A stretch of DNA of 64,000 bases, taken from positions 47,120,001-47,184,000 of the forward strand of contig OZ024749.1 of the NCBI GenBank assembly GCA_964016885.1, written 5' to 3'. Both the position numbers and the translations under genes were made by a program. This document shows, one piece after another, positions 15,059 to 28,735 of this stretch (its first letter is position 1; every line of letters begins with the position of its first letter). The notes under the pieces were generated by a model. It was not told where the DNA came from. It saw only the letters and a program-made list of their open reading frames with translations, and did no database searches. The DNA is from Eledone cirrhosa (Eukaryota).

Positions 15059-15749
15059 GAAGAAGAATGCTACACAATTAAGAATCGGAATGTACTTTAT
15101 AAAATCAAACTTGTCAATTCTTTCTTAATTACATAGATGATTGATAAAAAAGCACGTTCATCTCAGCTTGCTGTGTACATGCATCGGAAATAAATACTGC
15201 AAGTTATTCCATCTAACCATGTAGAAAGTCTGCCACTCTGAATAGCATTACATGTATTACTAATAGTATTGATAGTACCAAATAATGTTAAACATTTTAG
15301 TATCTATAATATACCAATTTCTAAAACGGATGTCATCATTGATATAAGTAATTCCTTCATGAATGCAGCGCTGCACATCAGTATCACGGCTAAACATTAA
15401 TGGAGAGATGACTTTGTAATGACAGTCATTCAATTATAATCATTAGTGATGCAGTTTTTTCCTGCGTTGTAGTAGTAGTGTTTTGACATTCCTGACGCTG
15501 TTCTAGCTTTGAAGAAAGGATGATATAACAGACAGCCAAAAAGGATGTGTATATACCCAGGCAGAAAGAAATGAAGAGAAAAAAAGAGGCGTTAGCAGAA
15601 AAAATCAATGTAATAAGGCTGCAACCTAATATGTTGAGTACTTGTGTCTAATACGGAATGTGTACTCTTGTACACGGGGTTGTTTTCTGCTACAGTTTTC
15701 TACGAAATATATTGTATGTTATGTCTGTAATAGTTTACTTGCATTTCAG

Positions 15750-15778
15750 GTGTATGGATGGCATTAGATGTGATCAAG
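15750..15778 (+). other. Candidate 29-bp host micro-exon
   Basis: tttacttgcatttcag|GTGTATGGATGGCATTAGATGTGATCAAG|gtatgc; open as (x)VWMALDVIK. Supported by splice signals only. Confidence 0.25.
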
Positions 15779-15810
15779 GTATGCAGTGTTTCGTTGTTTA
15801 TTAATTTACG

Positions 15811-15873
<63 letters not shown>

Positions 15874-15874
<1 letters not shown>

Positions 15875-15937
15875 ACGGCTAATTCTGGACCAGAGTCGAA
15901 ACGGCTTGAGCTCAGCCGTCGGTGTCCTACTCGTGCC

Positions 15938-15940
<3 letters not shown>
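15874..15940. mobile_element. Tiny rearranged fragment of the 54.7-kb HHR family inside (TA)n
   Basis: gacggctaattctggac (minus piece) joined to gtcgaaacggcttgagctcagccgtcgg (plus piece). Confidence 0.7.
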
Positions 15941-15971
<31 letters not shown>

Positions 15972-16976
15972 GATATATGTAGTTCATGATATATATTCGA
16001 TTAATGCTTGACAACATAGAGATAAATTCTTAACGTTTTGGGCGTTAATACTTCTTCGGAATATTAAATTAGAGATAGAGGAACATACAAATTTTAGAAC
16101 GTGCAAATGAAAATCAATATAATCTACCATTTCGTCGAAGTGAGTTACATAAGGTAATGTACGCATATTAACGTTTTAAGAAGAGGTTATTTAAGTTGGG
16201 ACACCATATGTATGCATCAATGTCGATGCGAGTGTGCGTGTACGTATTTGTGTGTTAAAATATCGAGGGCTATGAAGGTCATAACTAGATATCATGACAG
16301 CTGGAAATCTGAAGGTGTACGTAAGCTAAAAGAATAGAGACGTGCAACGGCATTTTTTTCGTTTTCTCACAATCTGCAATGCAGAGGAGAGGAAGACAAG
16401 CAAATGTTGGGGTTCGACTGGCCACTATCTTGGACCGTCGTACAGCTGTGCTGCTCCGTAAAATTAGAACATCAGCAGCCCACCCAAGAAAGGAGCTACA
16501 TGGGGCAGGGTGCTATTGCAGCGCCAGCTGGACATCTTAAGGTGTGCGTAAGCTAAAAAGCATAGAGTAGGTGTGTAACATCTTTCTTTCAATTATTTTC
16601 TCTCATTTATTCTTTATCAAAATGGTATAATTTACACTTTGTGGTGTCAAAGAAACTGAGAATATCATTAATTTTAATGACTTTCTGAAAGAATAAAAAC
16701 GTGAAAATATACCCACACAAAGCAGACATTTATATAGGCTTATAACGTAATTTTTGTCAATTAAATAACATTCAGAGCACTATATCAATGTTTTTGTGTT
16801 ATCTGGAAAAAATATATTGTATAAAGGCGTTATATTACATTATCATATAATATACTTCACAATCAAATGATTTTAGATTCAAGTTGATAGCAAATTTATT
16901 GTATTCTTTCAGGAACTGTCAAAAAAAAAACTATAAAAATACATGTATATATTTGTGGGGGTGTGTGTGCCTATAC

Positions 16977-17035
<59 letters not shown>

Positions 17036-17735
17036 TACATATATATGTGTGAATGAGAGATAGACAGTGAGATAATGAGCGTATGTGCGTGTGCATGCGT
17101 GCATGTGTGTATGTGTGTGTTTGTGTGTGTGTGGGTGCATGGCGAATCAAGCGTATGTTAAATGATTTAAATTGCCATGGAAAATGTGACCGACAGAGAA
17201 AGAAGTGATTGAATGTAAATTTAGATGTTGTCATGTCGTATATATTCTCAGTAATATTAGAAACTCACTCGTGAATAAATGACTAATGATTTCAAATACA
17301 TATTGTTAATCTAGGTGTGTGTATATATCTGTAAACCAATGTTAAATGAAGACATATATAATAGTGTGTGCACTCAAAAATACAACATTTTAGTTTTACT
17401 AAAGATATACACAATACGATTTATTATTTCGAAGTTATTATCATATTGGAATTTCGCACCCATAGAAAGTATCATAAATAAGTTGATAATCATATTAGCA
17501 ATGATAAGTATAATTACGATGGTTATTAATGAGAAAGTGAGTGTAGCACATTCGCTTTAAAAACAACAATTAAATTAGTAATTACAATTCGGTGTCTATA
17601 TTTGCTTGTAAAACATTTCTTATTTGTTTTCTTCTATGGTGTCAGGGCTAGCAAATATTAATAATTAGAGAACTAAGTAGCGGTCCAAACTCTTTATATA
17701 ATATAGTTTCGCTGCGAACGAACATCATTATTATA

Positions 17736-17928
17736 GCGGTGCATTGGCAATAACGGTAGATGGTTGGGCGCCATGCTGTCTAGCATAGTTACGTCCCTTT
17801 ACGGTCTGCGTTAAATTCCCGTTGATGTTAACTTTGCCTTTCATCCATAGAGGGTCGATAAAATAGAGTACCAGAAAATGTCATGCGATAATTGCTGGCC
17901 TACTGCCAAAAGTAGAAAAAATTATTAT
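17736..17928 (+). mobile_element. tRNA-derived SINE
   Basis: Diverged full-length copy of the family. Confidence 0.8.
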
Positions 17929-18384
17929 ATTATTGTTCGATTGAATTTGTTGATATTTATATATTTCAGGAGAGTTGGAAAAAATTGGAAAAAATGGAAA
18001 AAAAGGCCATATCTTTATCCCAAACGTATTCTCTGTGACAACAGTTTTAGTTTAGGGAAAATCTTAACTTACTCATATTTTATTATAGAATATATATCAT
18101 CACACATACATTTGATTCATTTTGAGCCGACTAAGAAGAATAACGATGAAACACACACACACACAAACACATACGTATATATCTATATATATATATATTT
18201 GTATCCTACTAAAAGTACATGCATAAACATATCAATAGAAATACACATTTGTTATTGCATTCTACCAGGGAGAATGAAATGTTTCTTATTTAAATGTGTT
18301 TCGTTTTAATGCATAAGCCCATTTCAGCTTATATCTTTATGGATAAACGGATGTATGTGTCTATGCATGTTTACAGGCAAGTGG

Positions 18385-18485
<101 letters not shown>

Positions 18486-20287
18486 CGGGTGTATGTGTGT
18501 GTCCGTGTGCCTGTGTATGGGTGTGTGTGTGTGCATATCGGTATGTGTCTGTGCGAGTGTATATGTGCGTGTGAAGTACGTATACATGGTTAGAGATGAT
18601 CGAAGGCAAATTTGAATCAGGTTGTGATGAATTATATTGGAAAATTTATTATCTTTAAGGTGAAGGTTTCATATTTCATTCAGTCTTTACAACTTATCTA
18701 GCGTAAGATTGGCATATGTATCTACAAGCGGAAGTTTCAAATCAATCATTTTGTTTCCCTTATATTCCTTTTCTTTGCTTCCAATATAACTTTAACTCTT
18801 ATTTAAATGTAACTCATTTCAAGATATGTTTTTTTTTTTTTTTAAATATTATATAGCGCAAGGAACATAAGTAAATATCACTTCTTCTTTATAGCAAATA
18901 CTATAAAATATTTTTAGAATAATTTCACGTGTTGGATAAACCTTATGATGAATTATGTACGTAAACTATACAACTAATTACATAAAATACAGGTGTACAT
19001 GACGTTAATTAAATGCAACTGGGATGCGATTCGTCTTACTAATATAATTAGGAGGGTAAGCTTCCTTCCCTACACATAACTGTTAATTTATATTTGAATA
19101 GAAAATAGGACATAAATGAAGTAATAAGGCGTATGAAAACAAAAGCGCTCGTAGCTAAAGTAGCGCAAACAGGCAGCAATCAGTAGATGCTATGTTAGAA
19201 AATGTGAAGTCTCATTACAGGATTTTAATACAATCTTCTAACCAATGGTTATGATTCTAATGTTGCACTGATCTAGTATCTGCATCTATTATATAATGTA
19301 CAAATGTTTTAAAAGACTATGCAGATTCAACTTGGATACCGCTAGGTTTTGCAGTTGACTTTTTTTGTTTTGGCGTCTTCACAGCACTATCAAAATACCG
19401 CGGTAGATATATTCAAAGCTAGCTCAGCTGCAACAAGTTGATGTATTAGTTAGGGAGATGTTATTAGATTTGGTTCTCAGTACTTAGATCTGCGACCAAG
19501 TGTGTATATATTTGCTAGTCATTTAACAAAAGGGTGTTAACAACGGTAATACCAATAACAATTCAAAGCTTTGTTAAATAAGACGATTGTGACATTTGGG
19601 TCCCCTACGTAATTGTGCCCTGTGAAGGTGTACTTATGATCGGTATATAGTGATTGTATACCAATGATTGTGTGCCTCATGGTACGGCCATGAATATTCC
19701 CAATAGCCTTATGTTTATTACTATTTAAAGTTGTTTATAATCGAAACTAATGTGCAGACCTGCGAAAGCCTGCTGGGTTAGAACGCATTACGTCGATTAT
19801 GTAAATATTGAATACACATGTAGTAATCAGTCACTTTTTTAGATTGAATTACATGCAGGATTCTTTACAGAACACAAATACTCAAAACATATTTCAGGAG
19901 AGATAGAATGTCAATAAGCTTTACTCAACTTTGTTATTTGTCAGTTAGACTTTATAATTTCAATGTATTGTGTACAGTTTGAAGGGATTTAGATTCTAAG
20001 ATGTCATTTCTATTCTGGAACACGCTTAATATATTTTATCATGTCATCTGAGTTTCTATTATTCTGGTTTTGGTTTGAAATCATATTTATAGTTAACGCG
20101 TTGCATATCTCTATGTAATGTTAATATCGCAAGAGGTTTCATATACGTAGTGGTGAAATAATAATTCGTTCCAATTGCTTATTGATCTCCTGTACCTCTA
20201 GCCACCCGCCGTTTGTTTTATGAACTTATTGATACTTAAAGTCAATTGCACACACACACATTATTTATATATGTGTATATATATGTG

Positions 20288-20350
<63 letters not shown>

Positions 20351-20354
20351 ATAT

Positions 20355-20417
<63 letters not shown>

Positions 20418-20456
20418 CATATATACATATATATATATACTCATATATATATATAT

Positions 20457-20625
20457 ACATGAACACACTAGAAGAGGAAGACCAAGGTTAACGTATGTTG
20501 ATGCGCTGAGGACAGACACTGGTCTGTTGGAGACGCAGGACATGGCAGCGATAATGAGGGACAGAGACCGCTGGAGAGAACTCGTCCATGGATCTCGGTA
20601 GTTTAGCCGCCTTAGAATAGAATAG
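20457..20625 (+). mobile_element. RTE-clade LINE extreme 3' fragment (family of 25193-25626)
   Basis: agaggaagaccaaggttaacgtatgttgatgc...gggacagagaccgctggagagaa ([10 protein letters not shown]...RDRDRWRE). Confidence 0.8.
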
Positions 20626-20767
20626 AATATATATATATATATATATATCATATTATCATATTATCATATATTTTGTGAAGCTCATATTCCATCTGTTCCT
20701 GTAGCAGTTTACAATTTGTACTTGCTGCCACGTAATAAATTGGTATCATTATTTTTATATTATCAAA

Positions 20768-20948
20768 GGGCGGTGGATTGGCAGTATCGGTAGAGGGTCG
20801 GACGTCATGCTTTGACGCATATAATTACGGCCATTTCCATTCTGAGTTAAAATCCCGCCGAGGTCAACTTTGCTTTTTATCCTTACGGGGTCGATAAAAT
20901 AAAGTACCAGTAATGTGCTGGCCTTGTGCCAAAAGTAGAAACAATTAT
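20768..20948 (+). mobile_element. tRNA-derived SINE with a Meta-domain-like core
   Basis: A-box-like tggcagtatcgg, B-box-like gagttaaaatcc, core ggtcaactttgc...atccttacggggtcgataaaataaagtaccag and an (ATT) tail. Confidence 0.85.
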
Positions 20949-21612
20949 TTTTATATTATAAAACTTTATATACTTAAAGATGGATATAACTGCAGGAGTT
21001 CACATATGATAACCACCCATTGTTCCCAATTTCCTTTAACTTATTTTGTTAAATACGAACTTTTTAAATCATGTTTTTCCAAAATAAATATCAAGTCCCT
21101 TGAGCTTCAGCTGCATCAGTCATTCACTTCTGTCGAATAATTGTCACTAACTACTCTTCCACGCTGATATATTCACTCGCCAACCTTTAAATATTCATAT
21201 TGCATATCAATGAACAACGATATAACTTATCTCATTTTCCGAGTCTTTCAATTTTAAGAAAAGTGCCTAATTCAAATGAGCCCGGAAGATAATACAGCTG
21301 ATTGCGCATATTAACATTACTGCCATCATAAATATTTTATTATATAAAGAAAGTTATGGCAGGCATCGCATTATAATGTCGTTATCAATTTTTTCCATAA
21401 TATTATGTGTAACGGAAACTAAAACTACGATATATGTGACGATGTATATATGTGATTATTTTCTGCGTTTGTAATATATATAGGACTAAAAATCCGTACA
21501 GTGTATATGAACATGTATTTTTTTTAAATTATAGAATGGAATCGTACTAGGCATAGTTTAATACACACACACACGCACACACATACACAGATGCACACGC
21601 ATATACACACAT

Positions 21613-21711
<99 letters not shown>

Positions 21712-21803
21712 GTTTCGTAGACAGATATATCAATGTGCCCAGACACGCGATACATTTTTCCATCTTGATGGAGCATGCAACTATCGATATACACTTGTTT
21801 ATA

Positions 21804-21850
21804 GGCTCTGATGATTCCTGACTTAGGATACGGATGAAACACTGTTAGCT
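21804..21850 (+). ncRNA. Minimal type I hammerhead followed by AATAAA (pLTR-like fragment 21711-21895)
   Basis: GGCU-CUGAUGA-UUCC...GGAU-GAAA-CACUGUU-AGCU-AAUAAA; site GUU, cut after 21846. Confidence 0.7.
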
Positions 21851-22184
21851 AATAAAACAACGTATTTCTAAGCACCCTTTTGTTATTCCGAAACCTATAT
21901 ATATACATATAAATATCGAACGAGAATCAGAGTCCCGACGGCTGAGCTCAGGCCGAAAGGAAGAATACGTAGAAAATATATTCAGTGAATAGCAGAAGAT
22001 GTCTGCGAAATATATCATATTAATAAAGAAGCAGATGGCATGTTAGCATTTCATCGATGAATAAATAATATTCAATTACATTTAATATTTCACCTCCCTA
22101 TATGCAATTTCTGTTTTATATTACATTTTTACACACACACCCATACACACAAACAAACATACACACACATACACACACACACAT

Positions 22185-22260
<76 letters not shown>

Positions 22261-22310
22261 TGATTACATCTTAACCATTTAACATCTCAGTGTATGTCAT
22301 GTATCATTAT

Positions 22311-22363
22311 ATTTTGTGTGATGAGGACGTATTGTTGTACATCTGAAATATGTATAATAAAAT
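22311..22363 (+). ncRNA. Decayed type I hammerhead (C3>G), similar to 52725-52790
   Basis: AUUUUGU-GUGAUGA-GGACGUA...UACAUCU-GAAA-UAUGUAUA-AUAAAAU. Confidence 0.55.
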
Positions 22364-22403
22364 GTAATTGATATAAAGAACATCCGTTTTATTAATATTT
22401 GTA

Positions 22404-22461
<58 letters not shown>

Positions 22462-22481
22462 GGAGAAAGTATGACACTGGA

Positions 22482-22592
22482 GGCTTGAGCTCTGTCATCG
22501 GGGTCATATCTTATTACCCTCTCTAATACCTTAAGTCTTGAGCAATATGGTGCGTTATGGTCCATCTGGTTCCTTACCACAACTCCTACGTT
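22482..22592 (+). mobile_element. Diverged 3' fragment of the 54.7-kb HHR family
   Basis: ggcttgagctctgtcatcggggtc...tggtgcgttatggtccatctggttccttaccaca then (TA)n. Confidence 0.75.
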
Positions 22593-22593
22593 T

Positions 22594-22629
<36 letters not shown>

Positions 22630-22630
22630 T

Positions 22631-23152
22631 ATGGTAGCTGCCAACTCGTTTTCGAGTACGGCTACTATTTTATATCAATGTTGGAGAACCCCTACCGATG
22701 CGCTGAACGGGTGTTTCTTTTTCATTCCAGCCAGCGACTTGAAAACTCTGGTACAAGCTCTGCACTTGTGACAATTATTTACACATAGTGCTGCTCTCAT
22801 GATACTATGTGACGACAAGTGCAGAGAGATCTCAAGATATAAAGCAATGCCTGTGCCGTGAAGCTTTTAGAGCGAGCAAAGTCACTGCCCAAAGCCAGTC
22901 CGACTCTCTTAACGAAGATTATATTTACCAAAAAGAAGAACAAGTCAACATCATTGGATACCATCAGGGTTGCAGGTGTTATATCAGAGTTTTCCTTCTC
23001 CTAGAATAATGCCTTGACAAAGGCTAAAGGGTTATCTCTTCCGGTAATTTTGGATAGCCATTGACTCTTATGAGCTCCTTTGCCCTTTGACAGGTTTTGT
23101 TTTTAGTCTTGCAGGATGTCCAAAATCACCCTCCTCGCCAAGAAACCTTGGT
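22631..23152 (-). mobile_element. 5'-truncated copy of the ~600-bp non-coding interspersed repeat at 31918-32519
   Basis: Reverse complement aligns from caccaaggtttcttgg to gagttggcagctacca. Confidence 0.8.
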
Positions 23153-23591
23153 GACAAACTCACTTACTTTAATCTCAGCATACGGTCTTCAAAATGCTTT
23201 TAATTAAGCATAAATTGTATTGCAAAATACATTATATATACATTCATATATATATTGCTATTTCAGCGCTCTAATTCTAATTTTTTATTTCTGCCTGACC
23301 GGCAACCATTCTGTATAATCAGTTCCTAATTATTTACTAGAATTCTATAAGAATATAACATCAGTGATCTCAGTAGACAGGAGGGAGTAGTTATCCTTGA
23401 TAAGCATCAATAAATGCGAAACAAGGCCTTGTCGGCTTATCTCCCCTTGTTTGCTGAGGTTAAAGTAAGTGAGTTTGTCACTACTCTAAAACAATAGCAT
23501 ACGGTCTTCAAAATGCTTTTAATTAACCATAAAGTGTATTGCAAAATACATTATATATACATTCATATATATATATTGCTATTTCAGAGCT
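23151..23591 (+). mobile_element. 320-bp unit with ~95-bp terminal redundancy, 5' inverted stub and internal hammerhead
   Basis: 23176-23270 matches 23496-23591 (direct). 23151-23179 matches the reverse complement of 23453-23481. Ends near (TA)n. Confidence 0.75.
23393..23437 (+). ncRNA. Type I hammerhead, U3-A8 core variant
   Basis: AUCC-UUGAUAA-GCAU-CAAUAA-AUGC-GAAA-CAAGGCCUUGUC-GGCU. Stem II is perfect, stem III is a 12-nt palindrome, the site is GUC (cut after 23433) and stem I has one mismatch. Confidence 0.8.
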
Positions 23592-23601
23592 CCAAATATA
23601 A

Positions 23602-23635
<34 letters not shown>

Positions 23636-23638
<3 letters not shown>

Positions 23639-23803
23639 GTGTGGGATGCTTCAAACGTCCGTAAGTGGTAGGCCGTTTGATCATTCGATGCTCTATAAGA
23701 GCAGAGTATGATATCACATAAGAAACGGTTAATAAGTGCTGCGACGAATAACATGTATTAGACATATTACAATCGTTTCTCTGGCCACCAGCTCGAGGCA
23801 CAA
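23636..23803 (-). mobile_element. 5'-truncated copy of the 10.5-kb HHR-bearing repeat
   Basis: Reverse complement reads gtgcctcgagctg...gagaaacgattgtaatatgt...aagcatcccacac; between (TA)n tracts. Confidence 0.75.
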
Positions 23804-25192
23804 TATATATATATATATATATCTTATCATTTACCTTTGTTGTTGTCTGTAACGTAAGTGGTGATATTTGGAACATGAAGCATACCCATTCATTTTCTGT
23901 GCCTCGCTTGTAGACTAATATATTCTTTCAATGTTATCTTTTGCATTTTAACATGGCTCAGTAACAGGGATATTTGCCAATTTTTTTTTTATTTGGAATA
24001 CTTATTTTATATGATGATATAGTAAACAAACGGAAATTCTCTCACTAAAATATTTTGCTTTTAAGCCTATAACTCTGATAAGAAGTAGTACACATCACTT
24101 TTGTGTAATACCGAATCATCCCTTGATATCTATTTTAACGAATCTGATTTCATAACCATGGTAACTTTAATGATGTAAACTACACAATAAGAGATGTATA
24201 CAATAGTTGCACAATAAACTAAACATTTTTCGTTTTTTGTTTGTTTTGGAACAACAGCCCTGTAAGGAACAATAGCCCTGTAAGAAATTAAAAATGACAT
24301 TTCATAAAACATGATGTTTCCTCTTACAGCACTTATTTAACACTTATTTGACATTTGAAATGAAAAACTGACAATCAAACGTATATACTATTTAAAAAGT
24401 TAATTAAACAAGATAGATCTGTAAGACAAAGATGTGAATAGAGTTATTATTACCTTCAATCGCATACATAGAGACAGCATAATATCAGTAGAAATCTCCC
24501 ACAGCTTTAAATTAGTTACTGTTGATGTCGTTAATGTCAATGCAGTGAAATAATTATTCTGCACGATGCTATATTTCATGTAAAGGAGTATTTTATTCCA
24601 TGATACATGATGTAAATTCTCATACATCATAACGTATAATATGATTTTCTTCAAAAGTATACCTTTTATTATAACGTTTACAATTAACAACTTTTCAAGC
24701 CCATTACATTGTAATTATTTTCTAAAACCAGCAAGGAAATATGAAATCAGCGTATTATCTATATATCGAAAACAGAAAATGTATGTCTGTATGACGGTCT
24801 GTCAGCTCCGTAACACTCGAGAACCCCCCAACCGATTGATTTCAAATTTTACACATATAATACTTATGGTCCGCTGGGTGTTGTGAGAAAAACATGTTTA
24901 AAATGTCCAAAGCCCCAGGGATCGCATTGGCCGAATTAGTGATCTCTATCTATAATTCTTCGTCTTTCTTTTTAGATAGATACATAGATATCACGTTGCG
25001 CCCTTATCATATATGTCTGCATGTCTGGCTATCTCCATTACGACATTATGATGCTGTATATATATAACGTTTTTCGAAATATTTACTTCTGCGTTCACGT
25101 ATTGATTGTTTTAGTTTCAGAAGATACCGTTAAGGGTGAAAGCAGCGATTCATGGCTTAAACTGTATTCTGTTATTTTAATATATATATATA

Positions 25193-25626
25193 TCTTCACT
25201 GCTGTAGTGGAGTCTGTGCTGCTGTATGGGTCTGAGACTTGGACACTGACCAAGAAACTCACTCAGATGGTGGATGGGTGCTACACGAGAATGCTGAGGA
25301 TGGCTCTGAACATTAATCAATATAGACTGAGGATGAAAAACTCAGAGCTGTATGGGAGCATCCCAAAAGTCAGCTCAAAAGTGACACAGAGGAGACTGAG
25401 GTTAGCTGGACATGCTCACCGATATCCAGAGTTGACATGGCACTCAGTGCTCCTTTGGGAGCCTCTACATGGACACACTGGAAGAGGAAGACCAAGGTTG
25501 ACGTATGTTGATGCCCTAATGTGAGGCACTGGTCTGTTGGAGACGCAGGACATGGCAGCGATAATGAGGGACAGAGACCACTGGAGAGAACTTGTCCATG
25601 GATCTCGGGAATTTTACCCGCCTTAG
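25193..25626 (+). pseudogene. RTE-clade LINE 3' fragment
   Basis: FTAVVESVLLYGSETWTLTKK...DGCYTRMLR...RRLRLAGH...[11 protein letters not shown]; disrupted near its end. Confidence 0.85.
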
Positions 25627-25640
25627 ATATATAAACAAAG

Positions 25641-25702
25641 AAATACCTTTGTTTATATTTCGTTATTGTATATGCAACAATATATGTACACGAATATATA
25701 GT

Positions 25703-25792
<90 letters not shown>

Positions 25793-25854
25793 ACTATATA
25801 TTCGTGTACATATATTGTTGCATATACAATAACGAAATATAAACAAAGGTATTT
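25641..25854. repeat. Perfect palindrome with ~70-bp arms centred on (TA)n
   Basis: aaatacctttgtttatatttcgttattg...(TA)n...caataacgaaatataaacaaaggtattt. Confidence 0.9.
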
Positions 25855-26583
25855 ATTTCACGAGGCTCGATAAGGATTCATATATATCAAATATATGAGA
25901 ACCCTAGAGCAAATTCCGAGCAGCGTCGAGCCATTCTGCTAATATATATAAATATGACGTAAAAATAGTTGCAACAAATATCCAGATAGATACAGTAAAG
26001 ATAGGAAGCAAGTGCCTCTATATGTTCATACCTCTGTATAATTGATCGTATACCCCTAGGAAATCAAGACACAACTACATTTTTTCTCCATACATTCGCA
26101 AATACACACACAAAAAAACAAAACCTCTATACATACACACATATATACAACACACACACATATCATATATACATACACACAAATACACTCGCACACACAT
26201 ATATGATATGTGTGTGTCTGTGAGTGTATGTGTGTGTGCGTGTGCTTTTTTGTGTGTGTGTGTGCATATATATGCATTTATATACATTTGAATGCCTGAA
26301 TATATATATACTTACACTTACACACATGCAATGATTCGACGGATTACAGAAGCAGCGAATATGAATGAATTCCATCCAAAATTAAATAGCAAGCGCAAAT
26401 AGAATAACAATCTCACAACATAGATACTAAGAACATTATGGAAACACAAAGGATCAAACACATTAACATACCTAGAGAGACACAGTCAAATCACACACAC
26501 GCTTTTAATATGAAAAGCAATATAGCACGTAACTAGTGACATGTAGGAAAGAGAGGAGAGAAATGAAAATAATCATACATGTG

Positions 26584-26704
<121 letters not shown>

Positions 26705-28180
26705 ATATGTAACATACTTACAAAAATGAGTATGTGTAAATACCGCAGATTTCTATATGTATTTTTGTTTCGTGTTCAAATTATTAAGTCTCTATAGTGG
26801 TGTCTCACACACCATATATACATTATATTCATACACACATTGACATATTTTTACACGTGATCGTATGTTTCATTATATCTAGAGAGTTGTATATTTCAAT
26901 ATTTCACGTACTATCTAATGCCGCAATCTCTCTCTTGGAGCTTCAGAAGATATTACATGTACAAATCATTCACAAGTCTTGAAACTGTTTCGTAATGAAA
27001 TAGGTAATTTGATATAAAATCAGTACTTTGAAGTATTTATCTAAGAGAAATGTTATTGCAAGTATATAGATGTGTATTCAATGTTACATAGTTTCGCAGT
27101 TATATTACTGTAAGTTACTGCCAATTTCAAACATTTGTTAACAAATATGAAATCGATATGGAATTCGGCTTAATACAAATATAATCAAATAAGGCTATTT
27201 AATTTATTTAGCATGATATAGTATAAGCTAACGTTCTTTTCGTGTATTTGTTTCCATTTATGTTACAGGAAACTCAATAGAAAAATAATCACATTAATGT
27301 TTATGATGTCAGTGTTTTATGTTTCACTTGATGCTCTTTTCTTTTACCTCTTCTGTGGTACGTTGCATTTCATGACATATTGTTATAGTCCTTGCTTTGT
27401 TGACGATAGTGCAGTATGTGTAATGTTATCAACATTCTGCAGGCAAACGAACACAATTCCAGCCGAAAACAAACATTTTTATTTAATCACAATGTACTTA
27501 TCTTTATATTTCTGAATTTCGAGTGTTATTAAATTTTAATGAGTTGATTGACCACTGTCTATATGAGCCATATATTCTATCTACAATGATGGCATTTGCT
27601 ACATAGCATATATCGATAAAATATTTTGTTTTATTCATTTTTAAGCATATGTGCAGTGTGAATCTTATTGTGGCGTCTCACGTCATCTTATTGCGGTAAT
27701 CAAGCAGGATATTTTCATTCATTCCTGGATTCCATTTTAGTTCAGATAAACTTTTCTGTCTGGAAATGATTTCGATGTACAGATAACATATGTATATGAT
27801 TCCATATTCCATTTTTATATCTAATATTTATAATCATTGGTGCTGGCTCCAATGCTGTTTATCATCCTTCTAAAGTAGAAACCCTCTGCAATCAAAGCCA
27901 AATTAAACTACGAGATGATTGGTAATGGGGTTACGTTCCTCCTATTTCATTGTTGGAAACTGTTGCAAAAGTACTCGGCAGTACTTGGCTTTAAAACGTG
28001 CAGATACAAATATGTAAATTACTTAATGTTAATTTGCTTAGATGGCGCGTGACACATAGCGACCAGACTAAGATAGATCTGGGGTCATGCACCCAAACTT
28101 GTACTTACGCGATATAGTGATTTGCTAGCATAGCCCTACACACGAGCATACACAACCCCACATTCATGTATGTATGATTT

Positions 28181-28240
<60 letters not shown>

Positions 28241-28318
28241 GCACACGCACACACACACACATGCTCGCGCGCACACACATACACACAGCCACACACGCAT
28301 ACACACATGTATGTATAA

Positions 28319-28350
<32 letters not shown>

Positions 28351-28598
28351 ACATGTGTATGTGCGACTGGAGAATTATAATAAAGGTGATATATGATGGA
28401 AATGAAGAATATAATATACTAAAACGTACAAAAGTAAACTGAAAGCAACTGTCACAAGACCTCTCACCGTTCAAGTCAAGACTATAAATCTAATTTATTA
28501 TAAAGCTATATATTATTTATTATACTTATTATTAATTATACTATTATTACAATTTTCCATAAATTTAATTTTACACACTCACAAAACACTCACATATT

Positions 28599-28661
<63 letters not shown>

Positions 28662-28689
28662 ATATATACATATATATGTATCTATCTAA

Positions 28690-28735
<46 letters not shown>

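Larger units (their letters stand above)
24758..25942 (+). mobile_element. Putative non-autonomous Helitron with nested RTE fragment
   Basis: A|TCTATATAT 5' end, (TGTC)-like microsatellite and accgattgatttcaaattttacac. The 3' end has a GC-rich imperfect hairpin ccgagcagcgtcga followed by CTAA|T (CTRR). Linkage of the two ends is inferred. Confidence 0.45.

Noticed and set aside
20768-20860. tRNA gene
   Set aside because: The A/B boxes belong to the multi-copy SINE head; no cloverleaf.
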